In this document: positions 31,241 through 41,406 of the stretch, piece by piece
Layout: each line of letters starts with the position of its first letter
How positions within the stretch are numbered: position 1 is the stretch's first letter
Assembly (NCBI GenBank): GCA_963704885.1
Contig: CAVPIB010000001.1
Span: forward strand, 32,001 to 96,000
Direction: 5' to 3'
DNA from: an uncultured Actinomycetes bacterium
GTDB taxonomy: Bacteria > Actinomycetota > UBA4738 > HRBIN12
Length of the DNA: 64,000 bases
Translations under genes and position numbers: made by a program
The notes under the pieces: generated by a model
The model's input: only the letters and a program-made list of their open reading frames with translations
Databases searched by the model: none
What the model was told of the DNA's origin: nothing

Positions 31241-31774
31241 TCAGCGGCGGAGAGCCTCCAGCGCACGCCGAGCCTGCGCGATGTGGAACCGATCGTGCCC
31301 GGCGATCATGCGGAACGCCAGGTCGTAGCTCTCGGGGCCGCGCTCGCCGTGGATCCCCACCCGCTGCCGGAGCTCCGCCGGGGTGCGCTGCCAGAGCGTG
31401 ACGTTGGCCAAGCGGAGCGCGTCGAACAGCTCGAGCAATCCCTCGGTATCGGTCTCGCCCGCGTGGAGCCGGTCGACCCACAGGTCCTGGTCGTAGCCGA
31501 TCAGCGGCGGCTCATCGTGGGCCAGCACCCACCGGTACCGCCCCGACATCACGATCTCGGCGTCCACGATGTGGGCCATGCACTCCAGCGCCGACCATTC
31601 GCCGGCCTCTGGGCGAAGCGACAGGTGCGGCCCGGCCTCACCCGCCTGCTGGCGGAGCGTGGCGGGCGTCGCGGCCTGCACGGCCGCGGGATCATCCTCG
31701 CCGAGCCATCCGAGCAGGTGTTCCTGGTATCCCTTCGGATCGCTGACCGGATCCGGTGACTTCTTCTCGTCCAT
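31241..31774 (-). CDS. DinB-family protein
   Basis: WSALECMAHIVDAE, YDQDLW and AGHDRFH metal-binding His pattern. Confidence 0.85.
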   Translation of the reverse strand: MDEKKSPDPVSDPKGYQEHLLGWLGEDDPAAVQAATPATLRQQAGEAGPHLSLRPEAGEWSALECMAHIVDAEIVMSGRYRWVLAHDEPPLIGYDQDLWVDRLHAGETDTEGLLELFDALRLANVTLWQRTPAELRQRVGIHGERGPESYDLAFRMIAGHDRFHIAQARRALEALRR

Positions 31775-31827
31775 ATCGGTGGCCTCCTATCGATCACGAT
31801 AGCCGGGGTTCCTGTTAGACCCATCGA

Positions 31828-33357
31828 TCATCGGCTGATGTGGGCGATCCGCAGGACAGCCGCCCTCTCCCCCGGCTTCAACCCGATCGCGACCAGGGCG
31901 AGGACGTAGACGGCACACCCGACGATGGACGAGATCACCAGGTCGGCGAACCACTTCTCCGGTGGAAGCACCGTATGAGTGATCCATATGGCCAGCCCGC
32001 CCACCACGGTCGGAACGAGGAGCCGCAGATACAACCTGTCGAACGGCCAGATCTTCAGGAACCTCCACACGAGCAGCAGCCGGGCGATCGCGCTGATCGT
32101 CAAGGTCAGCGCCTGCGCGATGGCGGCCCCGCGGATCCCGAGCACCTCCGGCCGCGCGAGCGCGAAAGCCACGCCGATGTCGAGCGCGAAAGCCCCCAGA
32201 TACACCAACAGGTCCCAACCGGTCCGCCCTGCCATGATCAGGATGAACCCGACGGTGCCGACCATCACCGGCATGATCATCCCGACGGTCAGGATGCGGA
32301 GCGCCGACTCGCCCTGAACGAACTCCCCACCGAACACGCGCAGAACGAGGCCGGGCAGGATCGCGAGCACCAGAAGGACGGGGATCGTCGCCGCGAGCGT
32401 CCAGCGCGTGACCGACTTGTAGAGCGAGTCCAGGTGCTCCCGCTCGTCGCGATGGTGCAGGTCGGCAACGAACGGGCTGAAGGTGAGCGACATGCTCGTC
32501 AGGAACAAGAAGAGCGACTGCGCGGCGCGCAGTGCTGCGCCGTAGACCCCGACGCTCGCGGCGCCCTGGCTCCCCTGCGAGCTGGACAGCATGGACAAGA
32601 CGAAGAAGTCTCCCCAGAAGATCAGCTGCGAGAACAACGTTGCAGGGGCTCGCAGGCCCCCGAACCGGATCAACGCCCCGGTCCGCTCCTCGGGTATCCC
32701 CTCGCGATCCGCCCCGCCGGCCAGCGGACGCGAGCGGACCGTCCATCCGCGCCACGCGATCGCGAGGGCCAGCGCCCACGAGAGCCCGAACGCGAACGTG
32801 GTCATGCCGGCGGTCTGCGAGTACGTCCACAGGCCCAGCGCGAGCGCGATCCAACCGAGCGGCTGCGCGACCCATTGCGCGAAGAGCGTGGTCCGCATCA
32901 CCTTCAGCCCTCGGGTCGCGCCCATGTAGGTGAAAGCGAGCGCGGCGAGCGGGATGGTGAATGCGGCCGCTTGGAACGCCGGCTCTGCGGCGGGGAGGGC
33001 CGAGAACGCATCCGCGAGCGGTCCGGCGAAGACGAATGCGAGCGCGGCGAACGGGATGCTCACGGCCGCGGCGATCAACACGGACCGGGAAACGAGCCCC
33101 TTCGTGCGTCCCGACTGCCCGCGACCGACCAGGATGGCCACCAACCGCACGTCGGCGACATCCATCCCGAACCGCGTGGCGGCGGCGGCGATGAACGCGA
33201 ACTGGGTCGTCAGCGTCACCACCCCAAAGGCTTGGTCGCCCAGCGCGTTGGTCATAAGCACCTGAGCGGCGAACGTGGCGATGGCCCCGACACCCAAACC
33301 GAGAACGTTCTGACCGGTGTTCCCGAGGATGATCCGGTGATCGCTGGGCGTGGTCAT
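31828..33357 (-). CDS. Wzx/MATE-like polysaccharide flippase
   Basis: About 14 TM; ALGDQAFG, VGVYGAALR and GIRGAAIA. Confidence 0.85.
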   Translation of the reverse strand: MTTPSDHRIILGNTGQNVLGLGVGAIATFAAQVLMTNALGDQAFGVVTLTTQFAFIAAAATRFGMDVADVRLVAILVGRGQSGRTKGLVSRSVLIAAAVSIPFAALAFVFAGPLADAFSALPAAEPAFQAAAFTIPLAALAFTYMGATRGLKVMRTTLFAQWVAQPLGWIALALGLWTYSQTAGMTTFAFGLSWALALAIAWRGWTVRSRPLAGGADREGIPEERTGALIRFGGLRAPATLFSQLIFWGDFFVLSMLSSSQGSQGAASVGVYGAALRAAQSLFLFLTSMSLTFSPFVADLHHRDEREHLDSLYKSVTRWTLAATIPVLLVLAILPGLVLRVFGGEFVQGESALRILTVGMIMPVMVGTVGFILIMAGRTGWDLLVYLGAFALDIGVAFALARPEVLGIRGAAIAQALTLTISAIARLLLVWRFLKIWPFDRLYLRLLVPTVVGGLAIWITHTVLPPEKWFADLVISSIVGCAVYVLALVAIGLKPGERAAVLRIAHISR

Positions 33358-33414
33358 GGTCGGCCAGAGTATCGCCGACCGACGGCCAGCCCCCTTCGTG
33401 CGGTCTTCAGGGTG

Positions 33415-33780
33415 CTAGCGCCTGGACCTCGCGGTGTCTCGCCACAGGTTCCTCGCGTGCAGCAACAAGGCGACGGCGAAGATCGGACCGGTGATGAACG
33501 GAAGGTTCTCTCTCACCGGACGAGGCAGGTAGATGTCGCTCACCGAGCCCGACTCCGCGCCCAGGTCCTCGGCCACGCTCGTCAGCGGGCAGCGCCACCC
33601 GTTCCCGACGAAGATCAGCGCCTCCGCCGCGACCGCCGCTCCGGCGATCGCCGCACGCCGATCCGAGCGACCGCGCAGCCCAGACCAGAAGAAGTAGGCG
33701 AGCGAAGCCCCCAGCCCGAAGAAGATGACGGTGTGGACCGACTTGATGGCGAAGAGTCCAGCTCTGCGGCGTGTCGTCAA
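33415..33780 (-). CDS. Small membrane hypothetical protein
   Basis: 3 TM; KSVHT, NGWRCPLT and SDIYLP. Confidence 0.7.
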   Translation of the reverse strand: MTTRRRAGLFAIKSVHTVIFFGLGASLAYFFWSGLRGRSDRRAAIAGAAVAAEALIFVGNGWRCPLTSVAEDLGAESGSVSDIYLPRPVRENLPFITGPIFAVALLLHARNLWRDTARSRR

Positions 33781-33816
33781 CAGGCCCTCGGTTCTGTCGA
33801 TCTCGCTCAGAGCTCC

Positions 33817-34626
33817 CTAGACGGCCTTGCGGTATAGGCGCACGGCGATCGGCGCGAAGATGGCCAGGATCACGACCGACCACAGGACCGACTTGAGTAC
33901 GAACGATCCGGCGGGTGTCCCGAGCGTGAGCGCACGCACCGCGTCCGCGGTCACCGACACCGGTTGGTTCCTGGCCCACGGCTGCAGCCATCCAGGCATG
34001 TTCGCCACAGGGACGAACGCGGCCGAAGCGAACACCAGCGGCGCCAGCACGGGGAAGGCGGCCGCCTGCGCCGTCTCCGGATCCTTCACCGCCAACCCGA
34101 CGGTCGCGAAGATCCACGACATCGCGTAGCCGAACAGCAGCACCAGCAGGGCGCCCTCGATTACGCCGAGGACGTTCGTGTGGATCCTCCAGCCGACAAG
34201 GAATCCCACGATCATCATGAGGATCACGACGAAGACGTTCCGGACGAGGTCCGCCAGCGTTCGGCCCACCAAGACGGCCGGCGTCCACATCGGGAGAGCG
34301 TGGAACCGTTCCATCAGACCCGACTTCAGGTCCGTCGCCAGGCCCACCGCCGTGGCCAAAGACCCGAAGACCACCACTTGAAGGAAGATCCCCGGCATCA
34401 GGTAATCCACGTAGGGGATCGGACCCGTGTCGATCGAGCCGCCGAAGACGTAGCGGAACATCAGCACGAACACGATCGGCTGGATCGTGGAGAACACCAG
34501 CAACTGCGGGACTCGGAGATACAGCGTCAGGTTACGCCTCATGACGGCGAGCGTGTCGCGGACGCTTCCGAGCGGGATCCGTCGATCGATGTCATCGAGC
34601 GCGGTCAACACCGGAGTGGAGCTCAT
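33817..34626 (-). CDS. ABC-2 exporter permease (DrrB-like)
   Basis: QPIVFVLMFRYVFGG, YLMPGI, MERFHALP and NQPVS. Confidence 0.92.
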   Translation of the reverse strand: MSSTPVLTALDDIDRRIPLGSVRDTLAVMRRNLTLYLRVPQLLVFSTIQPIVFVLMFRYVFGGSIDTGPIPYVDYLMPGIFLQVVVFGSLATAVGLATDLKSGLMERFHALPMWTPAVLVGRTLADLVRNVFVVILMMIVGFLVGWRIHTNVLGVIEGALLVLLFGYAMSWIFATVGLAVKDPETAQAAAFPVLAPLVFASAAFVPVANMPGWLQPWARNQPVSVTADAVRALTLGTPAGSFVLKSVLWSVVILAIFAPIAVRLYRKAV

Positions 34627-35621
34627 GCGGCACCTCCTCGCCGGCGCGAGGTCGGCTTCTCATCGGTGACCATCGCCTCATCCGACTCGGCGTGATGACC
34701 GGTGAGGGAGAGGAACACGTCGTCCAGACTCGGCTCGCGAACCGTGAGGGTGTCCGGCTCCGCGCCGTTGGCGTCCAGGGTCCGCAGGGCGTCGATCAAG
34801 ATGCGGGCGCCGTCGTTCGACGTGATGCGGACGATCTCGTCTTCGCGCTCGACCTGTCCGTTGACGTGCCCGGTCAGCAAGCCGAGGGCCCGCTCCGAAC
34901 CGCCATCCCGATCGAACCGCATCTCGACGACCGTGGTGCCCAGCTGAGACTTGAGGTTCGAGGGCGTGTCGTTCGCGATGACCTTGCCACCGTCGACGAC
35001 CGCGATCCGCTCGGCCAGCCGGTCGGCCTCCTCCAGGTACTGGGTCGTCAACATGACGGTCGTACCGTCGGCGACCAGCCGCTCGATCGTCTCCCACAAC
35101 GTGTTGCGACTGGAGAGGTCGAGACCTGTCGTGGGCTCGTCCAGGAACAGGACAGGAGGATGGGCCACGAGAGAGGCTGCGACATCTAGGCGCCTGCGCA
35201 TGCCGCCCGAGTAGGTTCGCAGCGGCCGGTCCGCAGCATCCGTCAACTCGAACCGCTCCAGCAGCTCGGCCGCCCGTGGCGCCACCTCAGAGCCGGGGAG
35301 CTGGCCAAGGACCCCAACCATCCGGAGGTTCTCGCGCCCGGTGAGATTGGGATCGACGGCGGCGTTCTGCCCGGCAAGACCGATCCGGCGCCTGACGGCG
35401 GCGGCATCGCGGACCACATCGTGCCCCAGCACCTCTGCGCGACCGCCATCAGGCTTCAAGATCGTGGCCAGGATCCTGACGGCCGTGGTCTTGCCGGCCC
35501 CGTTCGGCCCTAGGAGGCCGAAGACAGACCCGATCGGGACCTCGAGGTCTATGCCGCCCAACGCTTCCAGGTCGCCGTATCGCTTCTCGAGCCCCTCGGT
35601 GCGGATAGCGAAGTCGCTCAC
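34623..35621 (-). CDS. ABC exporter ATP-binding protein (DrrA-like)
   Basis: GPNGAGKTT, YSGGMRRRL, LDEPTTGLD and TTQYLEEA; probable GTG at 35621. Confidence 0.93.
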   Translation of the reverse strand: MSDFAIRTEGLEKRYGDLEALGGIDLEVPIGSVFGLLGPNGAGKTTAVRILATILKPDGGRAEVLGHDVVRDAAAVRRRIGLAGQNAAVDPNLTGRENLRMVGVLGQLPGSEVAPRAAELLERFELTDAADRPLRTYSGGMRRRLDVAASLVAHPPVLFLDEPTTGLDLSSRNTLWETIERLVADGTTVMLTTQYLEEADRLAERIAVVDGGKVIANDTPSNLKSQLGTTVVEMRFDRDGGSERALGLLTGHVNGQVEREDEIVRITSNDGARILIDALRTLDANGAEPDTLTVREPSLDDVFLSLTGHHAESDEAMVTDEKPTSRRRGGAA

Positions 35622-35706
35622 AAGGAAGAACCTTCCCACAGATCTCGTCACGGCTTCAGCACACGTCCTGCGCCACTTCGGCACATGCGGGGTGCAGGAT
35701 AGGTCT

Positions 35707-35805
35707 ATGAGCCCAACCAAAGCTATCCGACAAGCACGGTTCCGTTGGCGCCGCTGGCGGTACTACCGGCGATTCCCGTGGCACCGCCCGGACGCACCGA
35801 GCTAG
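35707..35805 (+). CDS. Possible 32-aa Arg/Trp-rich small peptide
   Basis: MSPTKAIRQARFRWRRWRYYRRFPWHRPDAPS*; CAGGAT six bases upstream (leaderless-like). Confidence 0.35.
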   Translation: MSPTKAIRQARFRWRRWRYYRRFPWHRPDAPS

Positions 35806-35820
35806 CGCGTCACCGACGGT

Positions 35821-35957
35821 GTCCACCAGTGGACGCGAGCGGACGAGTGCCCCACCTTCTGCTGTCCACGGGTTCACAGGTGCGACCTGCGGTTCCTGTC
35901 GTCAACAGGTGGACGCCCGACCGGGATCGGCCCTCGCTTTGGAGTCAACAGGTTGAC
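35821..35957. repeat. 137-bp four-palindrome intergenic element, copy 1
   Basis: GTCMAC-NN-GTKGAC boxes at 35821, 35864 (degenerate), 35901 and 35944; gap-free homolog at 43060. Confidence 0.9.
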
Positions 35958-35959
35958 AC

Positions 35960-36469
35960 CTACGTGGCGCTATCTCCACCCAGCTCGAGTGCGGAAGCGA
36001 TCTGGTCGGCCCAGGCGCGGATAGCATCCCAATCACGGAAGTCACCATCGGGCGCCTTCACGGCCTTGACCATCATCCGCTCGCCGAACCCCAGCTTGCC
36101 CCGATCGAGAGCTCCGAAGAAGATCCGGTGCTCGTTCGGCTGGAGGTCGCTCGTGAGCGCCTCCAACTGTTTCGGCTGCTGCTCGTCATCCTCGACCTGC
36201 TCGCCGAGCGGCCCGCTGCTGAACAGCCAGACCGGTAGGGCGGCCAGGACATCCTTGTTCGCTCGCGCGAACTCGACCGCTTCATCCCGCCACGAACCGG
36301 CGTAGACCGCACTCCCCAGAACCACAGCGTCCACGCCATCCAGACCCGGAGCCGCAGCCGCCGAGACCGCATCGGCACTCAGCCCGCGCGCTCGGAGCTG
36401 CTCGGCGATCGCCTCCGCTACCCCCTGCGTCGCTCCGTGCTTGCTGGCGTAGGCGACCAGGACGTTCAT
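35960..36469 (-). CDS. Flavodoxin-domain protein (HemG-like)
   Basis: VAYASKHGAT, LGSAVY, WLFSSGPLG and GDFRDW. Confidence 0.9.
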   Translation of the reverse strand: MNVLVAYASKHGATQGVAEAIAEQLRARGLSADAVSAAAAPGLDGVDAVVLGSAVYAGSWRDEAVEFARANKDVLAALPVWLFSSGPLGEQVEDDEQQPKQLEALTSDLQPNEHRIFFGALDRGKLGFGERMMVKAVKAPDGDFRDWDAIRAWADQIASALELGGDSAT

Positions 36470-36494
36470 CTCGCTGCTCCCTTCTGGCTAGAGA

Positions 36495-36998
36495 TCAGGC
36501 ACTCCGACGCCGAGGCGGCCGGGCCTTTCCACCCATGCCCTCAGGTTTGTAGGTCGCCACCCATTCGTCGTGGGCCGGCGTCTGCTCGCCCACGACGTAG
36601 AGGAACCAGTAGGCGCCGAGTTGCCCCAGGAACTTGAACCGCTTCACCAGATCCTTCTGCAGCGCGTCGTACGCAGGGAACGAGCGCAGGTACTTCTTGA
36701 ACGACCCGTGCTCGCGATCGAGCGACAGCATCGCTTCGGCGTTCTGCACGGTGGCCGTGATCTTCGCCCGGTTGCGGATCAGGCGCGTGTCGGTCACCAA
36801 CGCGTCAACGTCGGCGGGAGTCAGGTTCGCGACGTGCTCGGGGTCGAAGCCGCCGAAAGCTTCGGTGGTCCCTTGCCACTTTGCCTCGACGACCCGCCAG
36901 CTGATGCCTGACTGGAAGACCGCACGCGTCAACACGTCGAGGTAGTCGGCGAGTCCTTTCGGGCGGATCTTCTTCGGCGCGTCCTGCGGCTGCGGCAT
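36495..36998 (-). CDS. DNA-3-methyladenine glycosylase I-like protein
   Basis: VFQSGISWRVV, LIRNRAKI and FKFLG. Confidence 0.85.
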   Translation of the reverse strand: MPQPQDAPKKIRPKGLADYLDVLTRAVFQSGISWRVVEAKWQGTTEAFGGFDPEHVANLTPADVDALVTDTRLIRNRAKITATVQNAEAMLSLDREHGSFKKYLRSFPAYDALQKDLVKRFKFLGQLGAYWFLYVVGEQTPAHDEWVATYKPEGMGGKARPPRRRSA

Positions 36999-37114
36999 AC
37001 GTGACCTCCTCCCCGGAACACGTTATCGCCATATGGCATTCACCGGCGCTTCCGGAGAGGGACGGCCGGGGCGCGGTACGGTCCTTGGCAGGGATGCCGC
37101 ACTCTGGCCGTCAC

Positions 37115-38419
37115 ATGTTCGCTCGCGGACGTCGCAGCTCTCGGCTGGCTGTCCGCGGCCTGTCGCTGGTTGCGGTGGCCGCAGTAAGCGTGGCCGCGGT
37201 GATCCTAGTTCCGTCATGGCTCCGGTCGCGATCCACGGAACCGACCCCTTCGCCCATCGCGGCAGCTCCCTCATGCCCGTCGGCTCGCTTCGCCGGCGAG
37301 GCTGCACTCGGGTCCGTCGTCTGGGTCGATGGCGAGGTCCTCCACCTGCTGGATCTGGACACGTGCGACGAACGGATCCTGGTCGAGAGCGGGGCGGCTC
37401 CCCCGATCCGGTTCAGCTATGACGGCTCCTGGGTCGCGTTCGGCGACGGCGCGATGGTTCCGGCGGGCGGTGGCGAGGTCCAGAGCCCTGTCGGGTCTCT
37501 GGACGACTGGGCGTGGTCACCCACCGACGACGTGCTGGCCGGAGCGACGGCCGGAGGCGGGATGGTGGTCGGTGGTCCAGACGAGGTCCGGCGGGTCCTT
37601 CTAGAGGACGGGTCCGACGTGGGTCACGTCGCGTTCAGCCCCGACGGCGGCTCGCTCGGCGTGGACACCGGCGGAGATCGGGTCGTTGTCGTCGACGTGA
37701 TCGACGGTGCCACGAAGACCCTCTACAGGGTGTCGCCCGGAGCGAAGGCCCCACCACAGGTGACCGGCTGGTCGCCGGACGGTCGTTGGTTGTTGTTCTT
37801 CTCCAGGTTCCCCGGGCGGGCGAGCGTCCCGTTGAACGCCGCCCCCGCCGACGGCGGCGACTGGGTGAACGTGTTCGACCCCGTGCTGCCCTACGACGAC
37901 TTCATCAGCTGGTGTGGACGGAGCGTGGCCCTATCCGGCGGCGCGGAACGGTCGCCGAGCGCTGGGAACCAGATCCTCGTATCGGCTCCGCCCGACTGGC
38001 GTTACCGCAACCTGTCCAAGGACTTCACTCGAAGCTGGATCTGGCCGGCTTGCTCGCCCGACGGCCGGTGGGTCGTCGCGACGGCTACCCCGAACCGCCC
38101 AGAATCGACGCCGGGGCGCGGGATACGAGCCCTGTGGTTACTCGCCACCGACGGCGATCATCGCGCGCGGCTGACCGGACCCGGCAACGCAGCCTTCGAG
38201 ACGGCCCGGTGGTCCGCCGACGGCCGGTTCCTCTTGGTGGTGCGGCGGGGCATCGAACCGACCTCCGACGGCGCCCTTCTCCTGTTGAGTTTCGACCCGG
38301 CCTCGGGCAGGACCAAGCGCGCCGCGGGACCCGTAGCTCGGATCGGCGCCGCCCCGGGTGAAGCCGGTCACACCGACTGGTCCAACACGAGCGACTGGTA
38401 CCGGCCCCCGGCGCCGTGA
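37115..38419 (+). CDS. Membrane-anchored TolB/WD40-like beta-propeller protein
   Basis: N-terminal TM; repeated FSxDG/WSPDG blades. Confidence 0.8.
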   Translation: MFARGRRSSRLAVRGLSLVAVAAVSVAAVILVPSWLRSRSTEPTPSPIAAAPSCPSARFAGEAALGSVVWVDGEVLHLLDLDTCDERILVESGAAPPIRFSYDGSWVAFGDGAMVPAGGGEVQSPVGSLDDWAWSPTDDVLAGATAGGGMVVGGPDEVRRVLLEDGSDVGHVAFSPDGGSLGVDTGGDRVVVVDVIDGATKTLYRVSPGAKAPPQVTGWSPDGRWLLFFSRFPGRASVPLNAAPADGGDWVNVFDPVLPYDDFISWCGRSVALSGGAERSPSAGNQILVSAPPDWRYRNLSKDFTRSWIWPACSPDGRWVVATATPNRPESTPGRGIRALWLLATDGDHRARLTGPGNAAFETARWSADGRFLLVVRRGIEPTSDGALLLLSFDPASGRTKRAAGPVARIGAAPGEAGHTDWSNTSDWYRPPAP

Positions 38420-38453
38420 GCACGCGGCCTTCCCGGGCCGTACCGTGTGCTGC

Positions 38454-39392
38454 GTGTCCGGCGTGATCCAGATCGAAGGACTCCGCAAGGAGTACCGGCG
38501 GCTCCGCGGTGGATCGACCCTCGCCGTCGACGGACTCGACCTGGAGATCCCAGAAGGCGGCGTGTACGGGTTCCTCGGACCCAACGGCGCCGGGAAGACG
38601 ACAACTATCCGCTGCCTGCTCGGGCTGGTGCGACCCTCGGCGGGCAACCTCCGGCTACTAGGTGCCGACGTTCCTCGAGGACTCGCCGGCGTGCTCCCGC
38701 GCGTGGGTTCGATCGTTGAGGAACCCGCGATGTTCGCCCGCTTCACCGGGCGCCGGAACCTGGAGATACTCGCGCGGCTGGACGGGATCGGTAGGGCCGC
38801 GATCGATGCTGCGCTCGAGCGCGTCGGCCTCTCGGACCGCGCCGACGACATGGTGAAGACCTACTCACTGGGCATGAAGCAGCGCCTGGCCCTGGCCGCC
38901 GCGCTGCTGAAGGACCCCGAGGTCCTGGTGCTCGACGAGCCCGCGAACGGGCTCGACCCGGCGGGGATCGTGGAGGTACGCGAGCTGCTTCGAAGCCTCG
39001 GCGCGGAAGGGCGCACCGTCTTCGTCTCCAGCCACATCTTGTCCGAGATCCAACAGACGGCGGATCGGGTGGCGATCTTGTCGCGCGGACGGTGCGTGAA
39101 GGCCGGGCCCGTGCGCGAGGTGCTCGCCGCTGGTGCCGGGGATGGCCTGATCGTCCGGCTGCGGGATCTTGAAGCGGGGCGACAAGCTCTCGCCGCCGCG
39201 GGCTTGCCCGCTGCGGTGTCGGGCGACTCGCTCAGGGTGACGGCCCCGCCCGAGCAATCCGAGCGGATCTCACGCACGCTCGCCGAGCAGGGCCTCTACG
39301 TGACCGAGCTCCGACCCGAGGAGGTCGACCTGGAGACCGTGTTCCTGGAGCTGACCCGCGACCCGGATCCTGCCGAGAGGTCGGACGGTTGA
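38454..39392 (+). CDS. ABC transporter ATP-binding protein (BcrA-like)
   Basis: GPNGAGKTT, YSLGMKQRL and LDEPANGLD. Confidence 0.93.
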   Translation: MSGVIQIEGLRKEYRRLRGGSTLAVDGLDLEIPEGGVYGFLGPNGAGKTTTIRCLLGLVRPSAGNLRLLGADVPRGLAGVLPRVGSIVEEPAMFARFTGRRNLEILARLDGIGRAAIDAALERVGLSDRADDMVKTYSLGMKQRLALAAALLKDPEVLVLDEPANGLDPAGIVEVRELLRSLGAEGRTVFVSSHILSEIQQTADRVAILSRGRCVKAGPVREVLAAGAGDGLIVRLRDLEAGRQALAAAGLPAAVSGDSLRVTAPPEQSERISRTLAEQGLYVTELRPEEVDLETVFLELTRDPDPAERSDG

Positions 39393-40150
39393 TGCGCCTC
39401 GTCCGCTCCGAGTTCCTCCGTCTGCTGTCGCGCAGGATCGTACGAGTGCTGGCGGTCATCGCCGCGATCGGCTTCGTGGTCGGGAGCGTGATCGCGGCGG
39501 TGAACTCCCGCCCTAGCAGCCCGCTACTCCTGTCGCAGCTTCCGGACTTCTTCAAAGGGGTCGCGTTCTTCCTGGTGGTGATCGGGCTGATGATCGGCGC
39601 GTCATCGGTGGGTGCCGACTGGCAGCGGGCAACGTTCGGGACGCTGCTCGTTTGGGAACCGAGGCGCGCGCGGATCCTGCTCATCCGAGTGTGCGTGATC
39701 ATCGTCGTCGTGTTCGCGCTCTCGATGCTGCTGGAAGCACTTCTCGGGCTGACGATCGCTGCGGGCTCGGCCTGGCGAGGCTCGACCGCCGACATCCCGG
39801 ACGCATGGTTGCGGTCTGTTGTGGGCACCGCGGCGCGGATCGGCATCACATCGGCCGTCGTCGCAGTCATCGGTGCGTCGATCGCGTCGATCGGTCGGCA
39901 CACGGCCGCCGCGCTCGGCGCCGTGTTCGTCTATCTGGCCGTGGTTGAAGGCTTCCTACGCGGCCTCGCCACGGATTGGACGCCGAACATGTTGAGCTCC
40001 GCGATCGGGGTATTCGTGGACGGGCAGCCGGGCGATCCCGGTAATGGGTCAGTGCTCTCGGTGGAGCGCGCCCTGATCACGATGCTCGTGTACGCGGGGA
40101 TCCTGTTGATCGCTGCCCTGGTGCTCTTCCGCGCCCGCGACGTGAACTGA
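39392..40150 (+). CDS. ABC transporter permease
   Basis: LVRSEFLRL, GADWQRAT...LVWEPRR and C-terminal FRARDV; start overlaps the ATPase stop. Confidence 0.88.
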   Translation: MRLVRSEFLRLLSRRIVRVLAVIAAIGFVVGSVIAAVNSRPSSPLLLSQLPDFFKGVAFFLVVIGLMIGASSVGADWQRATFGTLLVWEPRRARILLIRVCVIIVVVFALSMLLEALLGLTIAAGSAWRGSTADIPDAWLRSVVGTAARIGITSAVVAVIGASIASIGRHTAAALGAVFVYLAVVEGFLRGLATDWTPNMLSSAIGVFVDGQPGDPGNGSVLSVERALITMLVYAGILLIAALVLFRARDVN

Positions 40151-40161
40151 GCTTCGGCAGA

Positions 40162-41280
40162 TCAAACGCCGACCGCCATCGTCTCGCCGGCTCGACGGCT
40201 CCCCGACCGGCCGTGGAGGTGCTTGACCACGAACGCGGCGTCGCGGCCGACGCCGGGCAGCGTGTCGGAGGTCGCCGCGAACTGGAACTGCAGCCCCATG
40301 AAGCCGAGGCCCGGCTCCGCCGGCACCAGGCCGCGCCGGTGCACGACCTCGCCCGACTCGTCGAAGATAGGCAGGTCTATCCAGGAGAAGTCGCGTCGGA
40401 ACCCCGTGCACCAGATCACGTTGGTCACGTCCAGCACGCGGCCGTCCTCCAGGACCGGCCGGCCGTCTCGCACGTCCGTCACCTTTGGGACCCGCTCGAT
40501 CCCGGCGGCCAGGATGTCCTTCGGCTTCACGCGCACCAGGATGTCGCCGTGCATCGCGTCGTGCCTCTGCATCTTCCGCCCAAGGGGCGTTCGCAGCGTT
40601 AGCACGTGTTGCCCCGCGAACCGAACGATCCGGATCAAGAGGTGCCGCGACACGAACGTCTCTATCCGGAACGGCACGTGGCCTGTGTCAGGTCCCGAGA
40701 GCCACGTTGGATGATCGCGGATGACTTCCATCGAGATATCGGCACCGGAGTTGCCGGCGCCCACCACCAGCACGCCGCCTTCACGGAGCTGGGCTGGGCC
40801 CCGGTAGTGGCTGGAATGCAACTGCACTATCGAGGGATCCAGCCGGTCGGCGAACACCGGGGTCCGCGGCGTGCGGTTGGCGCCCGTGGCCACGATCACG
40901 CTGTCGGCCTCGAACCGATCCTCTCCCGCCGACACGATGAACCGTCCATCCTCCTTCCAGAGCCGATCGACATGGACGTTGCTGCGAACCGGGAGGTCGA
41001 ACCCCTCGGAGTAGGACTCCAGGTAGTCGGCCATCTGATCCTTCGAAGCGAAGCTCGAGCCGGGCGCGGGGAAACGCCCCCCCGGTAACCCGGCGTATCG
41101 AGCGGGCGTGAACAGCAGGAGCGAGTCCCACCGCTTCCGCCACGCATCTCCGACCCTCGACTCGGCATCCAGTATCACGAAACGCCGTTCGACCTTCCTC
41201 AGGTGGTAGCTTGCGGCGAGCCCGGCCTGTCCCCCTCCGATGACGATCGTGTCGACCCATTCCACACCGTTGCTGCTCAT
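40162..41280 (-). CDS. Flavin-containing monooxygenase-like NAD(P)/FAD oxidoreductase
   Basis: GGGQAG, WRKRWDSL, LHSSHY, VVGAGNSG and IWCTGF. Confidence 0.9.
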   Translation of the reverse strand: MSSNGVEWVDTIVIGGGQAGLAASYHLRKVERRFVILDAESRVGDAWRKRWDSLLLFTPARYAGLPGGRFPAPGSSFASKDQMADYLESYSEGFDLPVRSNVHVDRLWKEDGRFIVSAGEDRFEADSVIVATGANRTPRTPVFADRLDPSIVQLHSSHYRGPAQLREGGVLVVGAGNSGADISMEVIRDHPTWLSGPDTGHVPFRIETFVSRHLLIRIVRFAGQHVLTLRTPLGRKMQRHDAMHGDILVRVKPKDILAAGIERVPKVTDVRDGRPVLEDGRVLDVTNVIWCTGFRRDFSWIDLPIFDESGEVVHRRGLVPAEPGLGFMGLQFQFAATSDTLPGVGRDAAFVVKHLHGRSGSRRAGETMAVGV

Positions 41281-41373
41281 CGTTCGCCTCCGTTCGTCGT
41301 TCTGACGGTCGACCCTAGGCGTGCAGGTCATGCGCGCTCATCGCCGGAACCAACCAACCTCGGAAACACCTGT

Positions 41374-41393
41374 CGTGGTGAAGATTGACCACG
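41374..41393. promoter_or_regulatory. Inverted repeat CGTGGT-N8-ACCACG upstream of the FMO gene; putative site for the adjacent LuxR
   Basis: 6-bp inverted repeat in the LuxR-FMO intergenic region; function inferred. Confidence 0.4.
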
Positions 41394-41406
41394 CCAGGAG
41401 CGGGCG

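Noticed and set aside
35821-35957. CRISPR mini-array interpretation of the palindromic boxes
   Set aside because: Repeats are only 14 bp, spacers are homologous between the two copies, and there are no cas genes.
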